Shown: one piece after another, positions 13,445 to 26,900 of the stretch
Layout of the letters: each line of letters begins with the position of its first letter
Position numbering within the stretch: position 1 is the stretch's first letter
Notes under the pieces: generated by a model
What the model saw: only the letters and a program-made list of their open reading frames with translations
Databases searched by the model: none
Told to the model about the DNA's origin: nothing
Translations under genes and position numbers: made by a program
Assembly (NCBI RefSeq): GCF_001194135.2
Contig: NC_068983.1
Coordinates: forward strand, 9,501,804 to 9,565,803
DNA: 64,000 nucleotides
Direction of reading: 5' to 3'
DNA from: Octopus bimaculoides
Taxonomy: Eukaryota

Positions 13445-13650
13445 ATTTTATTATTGGTTTCAAATTTTGATACAAGACCGGCAGTTATGGGAAAGGGGTG
13501 AAGTTGCTTATATCAACCCCAGTCCTCAGCTAGTACTTATTTCATCGAGAGCGAAAGAATAAAAGGCAAATATCGACCTCTGCGGAATTTCAACGCAAGA
13601 CGTAGAAACGAAACACTACCGAGCCTTTTGCCCGACGTGCTAACCGCCTT
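13445..13650 (-). mobile_element. Degenerate OK-like SINE (A-tail)
   Basis: CAAATTTTGATACAAGACC...ATCAACCCCAGT...GTACTTATTTCATCGA...AAGGCAAATATCGACCTCTGCGGAATTT aligns in reverse to the family. Confidence 0.65.
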
Positions 13651-13899
13651 ATGTCTACTGTATTATTAATAGCCATTCAATTCTCTTGCAGTGTTGAGTT
13701 CAATTGTCTGTGTCAGTGTAGAATGTCACCTCAGGACCTTTTCCACTGCTTTTCATACATTCCTGTACGATTACATAAATGATCAAGAGACAGTATCAAA
13801 ACGATGAGGTTTTTCAAATGCCATTTACCTCGAAATGAACTTGTGAATGAAAGTGGGTACACGAAAACTGTATAGAATATCACCGGGTGAATAGAACGC

Positions 13900-14075
13900 G
13901 TAATTCAAATGGTACAGCCTTGTCACACAATGTGTGGTACTGATTCTGCTTACGAAATGCCTTAAGGTTGCAGATGTCTACACGCAGTCTCTTACACGTT
14001 AATTCAGGAGCAGAGAATGCAGTTGATCGAACAAGTGAAACCACATCGTCGAAGTTCTCAGATCGATCACCACCA
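13900..14075 (+). mobile_element. Degenerate 3' half of an OR1-like SINE
   Basis: TTCAAATGGTACAGCCTTGTCACAC...TTACACGTTAATTCAGGAGCAG...GTTGATCGAACAAGTGAAACC is similar to the reverse complement of 1095-1270. Confidence 0.65.
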
Positions 14076-14224
14076 CTAACCATAATATAACTGGATAACA
14101 TGGGCAGTACAGCCTGATACCACATACTGAGTCGTTATGTGTATTTAAGCGCATATACATACATACACACATAGATACATATACATACCTACATGTGTGT
14201 GTGTGTTTGTGTGTGTGTATATGT

Positions 14225-14550
14225 GTTAATTCTTTCTGTTACTGAATTGTGGTGGTACTGGGGTACTACCTTCAATGGTTTTAGTCGAGAAAATCTATCC
14301 CAGTATTAGTTTTTAAGGTCTAGCATTTTTCAGAATCACTATGTCGCGGTAAGGTAAACAAACCAACACCGGTTCTGAAACGGTGAATGAGACAAAAACA
14401 GATACAACAACATTCACACAGATACATAGTTTCCATTTACCAAACTCACTTACAAGACATTCGTCAATCCAGGGTCTTTTCATAATTGTGCCGCACAGTG
14501 AAAACGAACTCGAAAGCACGTAGTTGCTAAACGAGCATCTTAACCGCACA
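14225..14550 (-). mobile_element. Highly degenerate CORE-type SINE
   Basis: TTTTAGTCGAGAAAATCTATCCCAGTA, AAACAAACCAACACCGGTT and GTTTCCATTTACCAAACTCACTTACAAG occur in the expected order. Confidence 0.55.
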
Positions 14551-15087
14551 TTCAATTTTGCGCTCATGTTTTGAAATCTGGAAAAGTTGATTGAAAAAAA
14601 CGTAGAGGATACAAATGAATCATCTGGACACCAATATAAAACATATACCGTACACTGGGTCGAAATGATCCCATAGCGTCATCGTTCTTAATCGAACTCG
14701 CCTACAATCTGGACCTTAGTAATATGTATTGCTATCTTAGTAATATGTCTATGATATATTTTAATATAATTTATGTATTCAGTACATGACTAAAATGTTA
14801 TGACTTTGGGATTCCAGCCTCTCCTGGTTTTGAGTATCCTGGTTTCGAGTGGTTTTATCTGTACACATTTTTATGACGTTAAGGGATTTGTGGAAAGTTT
14901 TGACTTCATTTGTTTGCTATACATACATACATACAAACATATTACAATTAAAAGGGTAAAGGATTATCAATTTATTAATTTATTAATAAATTAATAATTT
15001 TTACCAAGCCCTTCGGTATAATAGCACCATTATGGGTGAAGAACTTATTTAAAAGTGCTTATATACATTTATAAACATAATTAAGGG

Positions 15088-15184
15088 GTCAGCAACAGTT
15101 GCTTCACCACATACCGAAGTTCAGAAATAGCACTTTAGCTGCTATTTCTGAACTTCGGTATGTGGTGAAGCAACTGTTGCTGAC
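15088..15184. repeat. Perfect 45-bp-arm hairpin (7-nt loop) abutting an assembly gap
   Basis: 15088-15132 GTCAGCAACAGTTGCTTCACCACATACCGAAGTTCAGAAATAGCA is the exact reverse complement of 15140-15184; the loop is CTTTAGC. Confidence 0.9.
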
Positions 15185-16229
15185 NNNNNNNNNNNNNNNN
15201 NNNNNNNNNNNNNNNNNNNNNNNNNNNNNNNNNNNNNNNNNNNNNNNNNNNNNNNNNNNNNNNNNNNNNNNNNNNNNNNNNNNNNNNNNNNNNNNNNNNN
15301 NNNNNNNNNNNNNNNNNNNNNNNNNNNNNNNNNNNNNNNNNNNNNNNNNNNNNNNNNNNNNNNNNNNNNNNNNNNNNNNNNNNNNNNNNNNNNNNNNNNN
15401 NNNNNNNNNNNNNNNNNNNNNNNNNNNNNNNNNNNNNNNNNNNNNNNNNNNNNNNNNNNNNNNNNNNNNNNNNNNNNNNNNNNNNNNNNNNNNNNNNACA
15501 CAGGTTACCTACCAAACTCTACACACTCAAAATATTATTCGCGCAAAGCTTACAGTAAAAATCACTGGACCAATTTCCTGCAAAGGGAGATAGAAATAGG
15601 AACCACATGGCTACGAAACAAATGTCTGAACCACACCTCAAATCCCACACACACACACACATACACACACACTCACATGTGCGTATGCATTAAGGAATTC
15701 GACATGCACAGTTTTAATTTGAAATTTAAAAGCTATTATACATGTTAGACTTATTAAGCTTTCTTTAAGCTTTTGGTGTTTACTCTTTAGAATAGCATGG
15801 AATGAAAGCGTGACACCTTAATCTGTTGTGTACAAAAATTTGCATGCATTTAAGGGAATCATCTCTGTTGAAACCAAAATAACCACAAAAATTAAAATAT
15901 GTTAAAGAGTAAATGACCATTTGTATATCTAATTTCAGTATGATGTACACAAATTTAGTGTGACATAACCAGTTTCAGTTATCGAATTGAATCATCTGTA
16001 TAGATATTGTAAATTTTCTTCTGTATTTATAACATGGCTTCGTGCAACTCCTAATATGCAATTCATTGCATGATGTAACTCTTCTATTGATATTAAATTT
16101 ATTATTAGTGCTAGTGAAATATACCATGAGCTTCAGCAACAAATATAAATCATTATAGAACTCATTAAAGGCTATTAATGACAAAATTGATTCGACAATT
16201 AACATTATACTGTCATCTTAATATTAAGT

Positions 16230-16375
16230 GTTTCAGTTCAAATTCCGCCGTGGTTGAGTTTGTCTTTCGTCCTTTCGGGGTCAATAAAATAAGTACTAAT
16301 TGAGTACGGGGGCCGATGTAATCGACTTACCCACTCCTATGATGTTACGTCTCTTGTGCCGAAATTTCAAACAAA
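16230..16375 (+). mobile_element. 5'-truncated OK-like SINE (A-tail)
   Basis: GTTCAAATTCCGCCGTGGTTGAGTTTGTCTTTCGTCCTTTCGGGGTCAATAAAATAAGTAC...GATGTAATCGAC. Confidence 0.75.
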
Positions 16376-16389
16376 TGCTAATATTAAGT

Positions 16390-16791
16390 AGGAGTGGCTA
16401 TGTGGTAAGTAGCTTGCTTACGAACCACATGGTTCTGGGTTCCGTTCCACTGCATGGCACCTTGGGCAAGTGTCTTCTACTATAGCCTCGAGCCGACCAA
16501 TGTCTTGTGAGTGGATTTGGTAGACGCAAACTGAAAGAAGCCCGTCGTATATATTTATATATATATATGTGTGTGTGTGCATGTGTGTATGTTTGTGTTT
16601 CTGTGTTTGCCCCCCCCCCCAACATCGCTGGTGTGTTTACGTCCCCGTAACTTAGCGGTTCGGCAAAGGAGACCGATAAAATAAGTACTAGGCTTACAAA
16701 GAATAAGTCCTGGGGTCGATTTGCTCGACTAATGGCGGTGCTCCAGCATGGCCACAGTCAAATGAGTGAAACAAGTAAAAGAGTAAAAGAG
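16390..16791 (+). mobile_element. Full-length CORE-type tRNA-derived SINE with 8-bp TSD
   Basis: tRNA-like head; CACCTTGGGCAAGTGTCTTC resembles the CORE consensus start GACCTTGGGCAAGT; internal TA/TG microsatellite; tail AAGTAAAAGAGTAAAAGAG. The TSD TATTAAGT is at 16382-16389 and 16792-16799. Confidence 0.92.
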
Positions 16792-16806
16792 TATTAAGTG
16801 TTACCC

Positions 16807-17025
16807 AGGCGACGAGCTGGCAGAATCGTTACCGCGCCGGACAAAATGCTTAGAGGCATTTCCTCGACTTTACCTTATTATTTCAAATGCCGCCCGTGTC
16901 GAAGAATTGCCTTTAATCTTTTCGAGGTTGATAAAGTGAGTACTAGTTGAGTACCGGGGTCGATGTATTCGACTTTCCCTCGCCCTTCAAATTGCAGGCC
17001 TTATGCCAAAATTTTAAACCAGCAT
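16807..17025 (+). mobile_element. OK-like SINE (A-tail), diverged
   Basis: AGGCGACGAGCTGGCAGAATCGTTA...TGCCTTTAATCTTTTCGAGGTTGATAAAGTGAGTAC...GGGGTCGATGTATTCGAC. Confidence 0.8.
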
Positions 17026-19275
17026 TAAGCATTTCTAGCACAGTCATTGGCTTCAGAAGCAAATGGAAGAATTTATTATAGAAATCATTAAAGTGTTGCT
17101 AAGGACAGAACTGGTAGAGCAGTAGACTAACAACTTTGCCGTATGTCGATCGCTATCGATCATCATTTTTCTACCAAATGTAATACATAACAGTGAATCG
17201 CTGTTAACGAATAAATAATCTAAACCATGTCTGCAATATGCATAGCTTCCTGTCTATACTACAATTTACAATAAGTTGATTAATGTAAGTTGATATATGT
17301 CATTATTAATCATCTTATTTATTTCGAATTATTTGAAACGCAGTATATTGTCACAGAGATCTCGATATACCTTTCTACAACGCCTTTGAATCTATGGGAA
17401 CAAAGGATGGAAGTCGTTGACTAATCTCAGGCCCGAAACGTAATTTGAATGTTGGAGACCTAGACTACTCTGTTAAAATCATCCCACGATCAAATGCTGG
17501 TGTTAAACCAAATGGTACATTTAATCAGCCACTAAAAAACCGTTTACAGGCCATTTGGTACCCACTGTCACTGTTTATTCGCGTTCATCATTACTTATAA
17601 GGCTGAGTCAGCTCAAATTTTATGATACAAGACATTTTACCAAAGTACTGCGTATTGAGAACGAACCAACCACCAACTGTTAAGTAGTTTCTTCCGCAAA
17701 TAATTTAGCACTGTTGTCAGGTTCGTTCACACTGTTTAACAACATGGCTTCATCTTCGTCATATACTTGCAGGCCACAACAACTTACATACCGTTACAAT
17801 AAATTGTATACAATGGCAAGAAATTGTATTCAACTTAGAAATATTAATTCTCTCTCGTGTAAAATAGAGTGAATATCTCCTCTCATGTCTAAAACAACGA
17901 TTTAACCCAAAATGAACGGCTATAATTCAGCTATTACGAACGTAATACGTTTGGTCAGGCATTGTGTGATTGAAGCATTGTCCTCTCTCACCAGAAACTC
18001 ATCTTTTATTCTGTCTTCGTTTCGTACAAGAGTTCAGACATGATTTCACATTAGCTCATTTATCAGGGAATTTATCACCGAAGTTTACAACCACTGAATT
18101 GATACAATTTCCATTCTATCAGACAGTAAATTTCTACTAGAAGGCTGCTCGTTAATCGCTCAAATGCAAATACGTGATAATGTACAACAGTTAAGAAAGT
18201 AGCGGGAGTGAATAAAAGCGGATAACTGTCTGCATGTGTAACGCTACATTCTATATACTTAAACTTGGTTATTCGTCTCAAGCTAGAAGCTCAGCCCCTT
18301 TAAAACATGAACATCTATATAATGCAGCAGAATAATTATGTTAACTTAAACAATACGAGATGTGATGGGATTTGCTATCTCTCACAATCAATTTATTTGA
18401 ACGACATTTTGTAATTCAGTCATAATGCTCAAGATTCTTGCGAGATTTTACATCTACTATGTTAAGTAGAAGAGAATCTGAAATTATGCTTTCAATCTAC
18501 ATCTTTCACTTAAAATATAAAGATAATAAATGTCATACGAAATACTTTTTCTTCTTCAAAAAGAATGTATATATATATATATATATNNNNNNNNNNNNNN
18601 NNNNNNNNNNNNNNNNNNNNNNNNNNNNNNNNNNNNNNNNNNNNNNNNNNNNNNNNNNNNNNNNNNNNNNNNNNNNNNNNNNNNNNNNNNNNNNNNNNNN
18701 NNNNNNNNNNNNNNNNNNNNNNNNNNNNNNNNNNNNNNNNNNNNNNNNNNNNNNNNNNNNNNNNNNNNNNNNNNNNNNNNNTATATATATATATATATGA
18801 TGTAAAAAATGTTTTATAAATATATATGTACATGTGTGTGTATTTGTGCGTCCGTGTGCGCGCGTGCACGCGTGTGTGTGTGTGTGTGTGTGTGTAGTGC
18901 AATTATGCTATGTTACCTATTTGTCAGTGAAATATAACATGGCATGCTTCTCCGGGCTAAGCTATTTGAAGATTAATTCATCATTAAAACTTCAGAAGAT
19001 AAGTGGGTGTACTAAATGGTCCGAGCAGCATCACATTTCCTGTCTTTCTTCCTCCTTCTCATCTCCCTCTTTCCTTCGTTCTCTTTATCTATCTCTCTAC
19101 CTATTTCTCACGAACACATATACTATCCCTCTAAGACATACTCACTCTCTTTCTTTCTCCTTCTTTATCTCAATCTCTGTATACGTATATCTAACTATTT
19201 AATCACGTATCTATGTCACTAGCATTTATTTATCACTTCACACTGTGCGCATGTATGCGGAAACACACACATACG

Positions 19276-19310
<35 letters not shown>

Positions 19311-19492
19311 ATATATACATGCGCATGTATTTAAGCATCCATATATATATAAATGTATGTATATTAGTATATGGGTGTACGTGCCTGTGTGTGTGACTGT
19401 GGTACATATATGTGTAAATATCAGGAATGGATGGATGGATGGATGGATGGATGGATGGATGGATAATGCATGACATAGACAGACAGACAGAC

Positions 19493-19534
<42 letters not shown>

Positions 19535-20224
19535 GTACATTTCTTTTATTAGCCAAACAGGGCTCAACAAAGATGGGACAAATACAATGAAGAGCTTTTC
19601 TTTTTGGGTGGGGGAAGGGAAAGAAAAAAAAAGTAGGGGGTGTCGATCAAAAGGGATCGTAGGNNNNNNNNNNNNNNNNNNNNNNNNNNNNNNNNNNNNN
19701 NNNNNNNNNNNNNNNNNNNNNNNNNNNNNNNNNNNNNNNNNNNNNNNNNNNNNNNNNNNNNNNNNNNNNNNNNNNNNNNNNNNNNNNNNNNNNNNNNNNN
19801 NNNNNNNNNNNNNNNNNNNNNNNNNNNNNNNNNNNNNNNNNNNNNNNNNNNNNNNNNNNNNNNNNNNNNNNNNNNNNNNNNNNNNNNNNNNNNNNNNNNN
19901 NNNNNNNNNNNNNNNNNNNNNNNNNNNNNNNNNNNNNNNNNNNNNNNNNNNNNNNNNNNNNNNNNNNNNNNNNNNNNNNNNNNNNNNNNNNNNNNNNNNN
20001 NNNNNNNNNNNNNNNNNNNNNNNNNNNNNNNNNNNNNNNNNNNNNNNNNNNNNNNNNNNNNNNNNNNNNNNNNNNNNNNNNNNNNNNNNNNNNNNNNNNN
20101 NNNNNNNNNNNNNNNNNNNNNNNNNNNNNNNNNNNNNNNNNNNNNNNNNNNNNNNNNNNNNNNNNNNNNNNNNNNNNNNNNNNNNTGTGTGTGTGTACGT
20201 GTGCGCGTGCGTGTGTATGTGTAC

Positions 20225-20296
<72 letters not shown>

Positions 20297-21030
20297 ATGT
20301 ATATATTTATACATATATATAAAGTTGAGTATATATATATATATGTATGCGTGTGTGTGTGTGTGTGCGTGTGTGTGTGTGCATGCGTGCCTATATGTGT
20401 ATGTATATGTATATGTATCTTTCCTATGAGGAATAAGCAATAACAACTCGATGAAAATTGGATTTTACTACAACACACAAAGAAAATATGGAATATTTAC
20501 AAGTTATGTGGCAGAAAATTAATTGGTTTCGGTTACCTTTCACCTCCTCAGTTTCTGTTACATTGCATACAACTCCACAACTGAGTATTCATTTTAAAGG
20601 CAAAAATGCTTAGTGATGCTCAGGAATATATCATAGTATTCCACAAATAGAGACTTAGGAAACTAAATGAGACACAAACCATACAGATTTTACATGTCAT
20701 ATCATGTCATGGTTTCATAAAACTACAAGAATACCCTGGCACATAATTTCGAGAGCAACGTTGAATATTTCATTATTTATAAAATTATTCCCGAAATATT
20801 TGGATCGCGCGATCCACGCGACATTATATATCCTCAGTTTAACTATAAACTGGATATCTTGAAAAGTCAGCTTAAGGAATTTAGGAACATTATTGCTCCA
20901 AACCCAACACTTTGTGTTATTAAGACTATATGAGGCTTTCTTAATATATAAATAATCACACTTCGGTATAGTGGCTGTTTTTAGTGTACGTATCTATCAT
21001 GTATATGCACATAGATAAATACATGCGTAC

Positions 21031-21084
<54 letters not shown>

Positions 21085-21256
21085 ATTTACATAATAAATT
21101 ACGTACATACATACAAACATACATACATACATACATATACACATACGTACATGCCAGCACACATACATACATGCGCGCGTTCTCCAAATCCAATCTATTA
21201 ATTGCGCATTAAAATTTCAAGATATTCAAATGATTTTCCATTTAAGATGATTTCTA

Positions 21257-21733
21257 GCCGTGGTTGTGTGGTAGAAGCTTACTTCGCAACCACATGGTAG
21301 CGGGTTCATTCCTATTGCGTGGCAACTTAGACATGTGTCAACTACAATATCCTCATTGTGAGTCGATTTTGTAGACGAAAACTGAAAGAAGCCCATATCT
21401 ATATATCTATGTGTGTCTCTGTGTCTGTCTGTCTGTCTGTCTGCCTGTGTCTGTGTAATTATGCATGTCGGTGTATGTGTGTATGCATATATCAATGTGT
21501 CTTTGTGTCTGTGTTTGTGCCTACCCCCCCCCCCAATCACCGCTTGACAACCGGTGTTGGTGTGTTTACCTCCCCGTAAATTAGCCGGTCGGCATAAGAG
21601 ACCGATAGAATAAGTACTAGACTTTAAAAAACTAAAGTCCTGGGTGGTGGGGGGATCGATTCATTTGACTAAAACCATTCGTGGTGGTGCTCCATCATGA
21701 ACGCAGTTAAATAACCGAAACAAGTAAAAGAAT
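21257..21733 (+). mobile_element. CORE-type SINE, diverged full-length copy
   Basis: Head GTGGTTGTGTGGTAGAAGCTTACTTCGCAACCACATGG; GAAAACTGAAAGAAGCCC; GAGACCGATAGAATAAGTACTAG; tail GAAACAAGTAAAAGAATA. Confidence 0.8.
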
Positions 21734-22177
21734 ATGGAAGCGTAAGTTTTGTGCACAAAGAATTAATTAATTACGAAAGAAACATGTTCACAGAGAACAT
21801 ACGCGTTGGTGCACACATCTACATTAAATGCACACCCCAATTCAACCACATATCTACAAAATCCAGAGACTATTTCAACTCAAAACGTCCTTTTTTCACT
21901 TTGTTCAGGACCGGTTTTAAATCTTCGGTGCAGAACTTCAATACAATTCGAAGAAATAGATACAACGTTTGAACATATCTCCTATAACATCTCAAATGTA
22001 AGATCTCTTTTCTGAAGAGAGAGGCTCGTTTTATCCCATGACGGAATCAATCTACAAACATGATTATGGACCACCGAGCCTACAGAAATAGCTGTTGGAT
22101 TTGCAGTACTTTTCCTCTACCTCTTTAATTCCCTATTTCATCTGTATTCTGCATAAGTCGGATTTTTTTTTTATATA

Positions 22178-22601
22178 CCGTAAATACTCGAGTATAGTCC
22201 GCCCTTGAATATAATACGCAGTGGGGTTTTAGGGGGCTGTAACTCTGAAAAGCCTGAACCTTGTGTATAATACACACCCCTTCTCTAACTTGAGTCAAGG
22301 AGGTCTATATAACATCCTTGGTTTGTAAACGTATATACGGTAACGTCCTTTATTATTATTGTATATATAACATAATGCAAACGTGTAGCTTTTTTGTGCA
22401 CTTTGTTTGCAGAAAATAAAGAAATAACAGTAATAACGTCAGTGAAAAATAAATATTAAGTAAATTGCCTTTACATATTTATCACTTAGAAAATTTTGCT
22501 TAGAAAATATTTTTCATTTTTAACCTCGTATATAGTACGCACTAGAAATTTTGACCTTTAAATTTTGGGAAAAAGTGCGGGTTATACTCGAGGATTTACA
22601 G
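22178..22601. mobile_element. Non-autonomous Tc1/mariner-superfamily (pogo/Tigger-like) MITE, 424 bp
   Basis: The left end CCGTAAATACTCGAGTATAGTCCGCCCT matches the right end read in reverse, CTGTAAATCCTCGAGTATAACCCGCACT. TA lies on both sides (22176-77, 22602-03) and there is no ORF. Confidence 0.85.
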
Positions 22602-22987
22602 TATATACATTTATACGCATTTTTGCATTTCATGTAGTTAATACACTTCACGTAGTGATCTGTCTAATTTGCATATCCTTACATTTACTTCTATTACATA
22701 ACTATGCATATAATGCATATGGATGCTAAATTAAAGTTATTTTATTGTATGTTTACGAGTAACAACGGAACATTCATTGATGGCGTGACTCTAAAGTGAA
22801 AGTAGAATCAAGTTGATCGGCATATACATGTGTGTGTGTGTGTTTATATTTATGTGCACGTGTGTGAGTGTGCGTTTGTCTGTGAGTATGAATGTGTGAA
22901 TATATACGTGTATAAAAACATGTGTGAGTGTGTGTAAACAAAGAACGAAAGCAAGAGAGGGGAACTAGTTTAGCTTTGGTGGCGTTT

Positions 22988-23080
<93 letters not shown>

Positions 23081-23779
23081 TGTAATTCATTTGAATGCAT
23101 TTCGTACAGGAATCGCTTTACTTTAAAACGTTATTTCTAAATATTGAAGAAATACTTAATTTCAAAACAAATTGTCGACAGAAACTAACAACCAATCTTA
23201 AAAGTATCGAAAACGAAACTATAGCATTTGTTAAAACCATATGTCTGTCTCGATTACAAAATGTATTCTAAGCATTATATGTCAATCCATTTAATCTGCT
23301 TATCATGTCAAATTCTGTTTATGTAGAGGATCGACTTGAGTGCAAATATTAAGATACTAAATCTAAATGTTCAATTACTGAGGCATTTCTTAATTCCAAA
23401 CCATTAACTTGACGTTGTAATGTATCTTAGATTATCTCTTAATCTCTTTAATATTTGAAAGGTTACACTTTAAGCATTGGCGGAGTAGCTAGTAGACCAG
23501 TCTGCTGGTAATCCAAAATCAAATTAAGGTCTTTGAACATTACCACTTAACGAGGAGACAATCACGCAATTTACGAAGCAGCTAAAAGAGAGAAAGAGAG
23601 AGAGAGAGTGAGGGAGAGAGGGTTAGAGAGAGGGAGAGAGGGGAGAGAGAGAAGCTGTAATGATTCTCTTCAGTCCCTCAAAATGCTAGACAAAACAGCT
23701 AAGTCTCTCATAAATCTTGCTCTTTGATACTAAGAATAGACGAACGTATTAGATAATCGTTACTACTAGAGACACAAGA

Positions 23780-23975
23780 CCTGAAATTTGGAGATAGGAG
23801 GGAGCTAATCGATCACGTCAATCCCAGTTCTTCACTGAAACTTATTTTACTGACCCCGATAGAATGAAAGGCGAAGTCGACCTTGGTAGAATTTGAACTC
23901 AGAAAGTAAACTGACGGAAGAAATACCGCTGAGTGCTTTGTCTAGCGTGCTAATGATTCTATCAGCTCGCTGCCC
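23780..23975 (-). mobile_element. Diverged OK-like SINE (A-tail)
   Basis: GACCCCGATAGAATGAAAGGCGAAGTCGACCTTGGTAGAATTTGAACTCAG...GCTAATGATTCTATCAGCTCGCTGCC. Confidence 0.75.
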
Positions 23976-26900
23976 TACAGACATATTAGTGAGTGCCGTC
24001 TTGGACGAACTACGTCTAAGACGGCACTCGAACTATCCGATCATGTCAGACGTTGGATTAATCGCAACTGAGTTATGAAGCATTAAACTACAATATTACA
24101 ATTAAACCACGAAACCAATGGCGTAGCTAATAGAGGAAGAAAGGGAACGGAACATCACGCCCCCTAGCACATTTTTCAAAATTGGTGTCTTTTCACCAGT
24201 TTATATTTGATTCCTTAACTGTGGTTGTAAGTTTCATACATAATAATGTTGAAACGGGAAATTAAGGAATGTAGAATATTTCATGTAATATAAAAGAAAT
24301 TAGTTTAAAATTGTTTGCTATGTGTCATGGCATCTTTTTTTTCTGCTCGTTCCAATTAACTTTAGAACCTGGATATGCTTCTGCATGAAAGAGCATATTA
24401 TTGGTGTATATAACGAGAGCCAACTCCAAGTACGTATGCCAGGACATGCGATTTAATAAATTTGAAACAATATGTGGAAGAGAAGCACCGCGCAGTAACA
24501 AACTAGAATTCCATGTATCACGGACTGCAATGGGCATTGTACTCTTCGATTCCAAACAGATGAGCCCGATTTCCCAAAAGCACTTCTTTAAATTATTCGA
24601 CCGGAGACTACTGTAGTAGACATTACTCCAATGTGTTAAGTTGTAAGAGCGCCCTAAGGAACACAGAAGGTCAGTAAAGCTTAACCCTTCACAACGCCCT
24701 CCGTTCAGTCATGTAAAGTTTTGCGTAGAAATGAAGATCATATTTTTTTACTAGAATATAAAAATATTTCAAATGATAGGAGTTAAAGGTTTCAACCGAC
24801 GAATGAAATATTCAGATAAATAAATATAATATACGAATATAGCATGCAAACAAGCATTCGTCACTTCTATTTACAAGCCAACAGCAAGAATAAATTGCAA
24901 AGTCTTTGTTGAGAAATAATGTATTCATAAAAATATGAATTCATAATTCTACGTAATATATATCGAATATATTGATAAAAAAATATCGATTTTTGTCCCC
25001 GAGTTTACAAGAATAGACTGTTGAACAAATAACGATGCATGTGGTTCTATGTGATGACATATTCTCTGTGAATGCTGAGCATTCATTTGTTTGACCTATA
25101 GAATTTCTACAATGGAAATTAATATTTAAGTTGCCGAGTCTTTGGTAGACACGTTTGTGCATCGCATATTTCTCAGCCCGGGTGAGCGAGATAAGATATG
25201 TAACAAGAGAGTGCCTTTCTTTAACAAGTATAACATCGTGAAAGAATGAAGAATCGAACTCAGAATTGGTATTTCATTTATTAGCCCCCAAAGTTAAGAA
25301 AGTAAAACAAAGATTACCTTCGAGGAATTTGAACTCTGATCTTCGAAAGAGAAAAAGATTGCGTGGTGGGCTTTTATCCTACGTACTTAAAATTCTGCCA
25401 ATTCTCAGCGCTTTGACTTTACATCTCAGTTGTAAGAAAATGACTGTCTGTAACTCTTCCCGACCACGCGCACGCACACACACACACACAGGCCCACGCG
25501 CGCACACATACACACATACACACACACACGCACGCAGAGTAAGGTACGAAAAATAAGTTTAANNNNNNNNNNNNNNNNNNNNNNNNNNNNNNNNNNNNNN
25601 NNNNNNNNNNNNNNNNNNNNNNNNNNNNNNNNNNNNNNNNNNNNNNNNNNNNNNNNNNNNNNNNNNNNNNNNNNNNNNNNNNNNNNNNNNNNNNNNNNNN
25701 NNNNNNNNNNNNNNNNNNNNNNNNNNNNNNNNNNNNNNNNNNNNNNNNNNNNNNNNNNNNNNNNNNNNNNNNNNNNNNNNNNNNNNNNNNNNNNNNNNNN
25801 NNNNNNNNNNNNNNNNNNNNNNNNNNNNNNNNNNNNNNNNNNNNNNNNNNNNNNNNNNNNNNNNNNNNNNNNNNNNNNNNNNNNNNNNNNNNNNNNNNNN
25901 NNNNNNNNNNNNNNNNNNNNNNNNNNNNNNNNNNNNNNNNNNNNNNNNNNNNNNNNNNNNNNNNNNNNNNNNNNNNNNNNNNNNNNNNNNNNNNNNNNNN
26001 NNNNNNNNNNNNNNNNNNNNNNNNNNNNNNNNNNNNNNNNNNNNNNNNNNNNNNNNNNNNNNNNNNNNNNNNNNNNNNNNNNNNNNNNNNNNNNNNNNNN
26101 NNNNNNNNNNNNNNNNNNNNNNNNNNNNNNNNNNNNNNNNNNNNNNNNNNNNNNNNNNNNNNNNNNNNNNNNNNNNNNNNNNNNNNNNNNNNNNNNNNNN
26201 NNNNNNNNNNNNNNNNNNNNNNNNNNNNNNNNNNNNNNNNNNNNNNNNNNNNNNNNNNNNNNNNNNNNNNNNNNNNNNNNNNNNNNNNNNNNNNNNNNNN
26301 GAGCACACACACACACACACACCTACAAACACCACACACACACACACAGGCCCACGCGCACGCACACACACACAAACACACCTACAAACACCACACACAC
26401 ACACACACAGGCCCACGCGCGCACACATACACACATACACACACACACGCACGCAGAGTAAGGTACGAAAAATAAGTTTAATGGAAATCATAGATTTTCC
26501 ATTAAACCTACTTCGCCCTATTGGTCTAAAGAAAGAAAGCGGTTCGATTTGCTTCGTTCTAAATGTTTGAAGTCGCCCGATTGCTGTATATAACGACAGA
26601 TGTAGCATTAGTGTGTTTCTTAAGTATCTTGTAACAAAGGCGGCGTTGTTTGATAGTGCATTTAAACGTTTAACTGCACAAACACATACACGTATACGCA
26701 CACATAGACACACACACACACATAGACATGCACACACACACACACATAGACATACACACACACTCACACACACATACACTATGATCTAGGCAGTATTTAT
26801 ATCACGTAAACAATATCCATCACTGTATTAAACATTTAGGAATCAAAGAGCAGTAACATTTATAATATTATGAGACACAATAAACGTAGTCGATTAGTAG

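Noticed and set aside
25465-26481. Same ~100-bp sequence on both sides of the 25563-26300 gap
   Set aside because: Typical unmerged contig overlap at microsatellites; treated as an assembly artefact.
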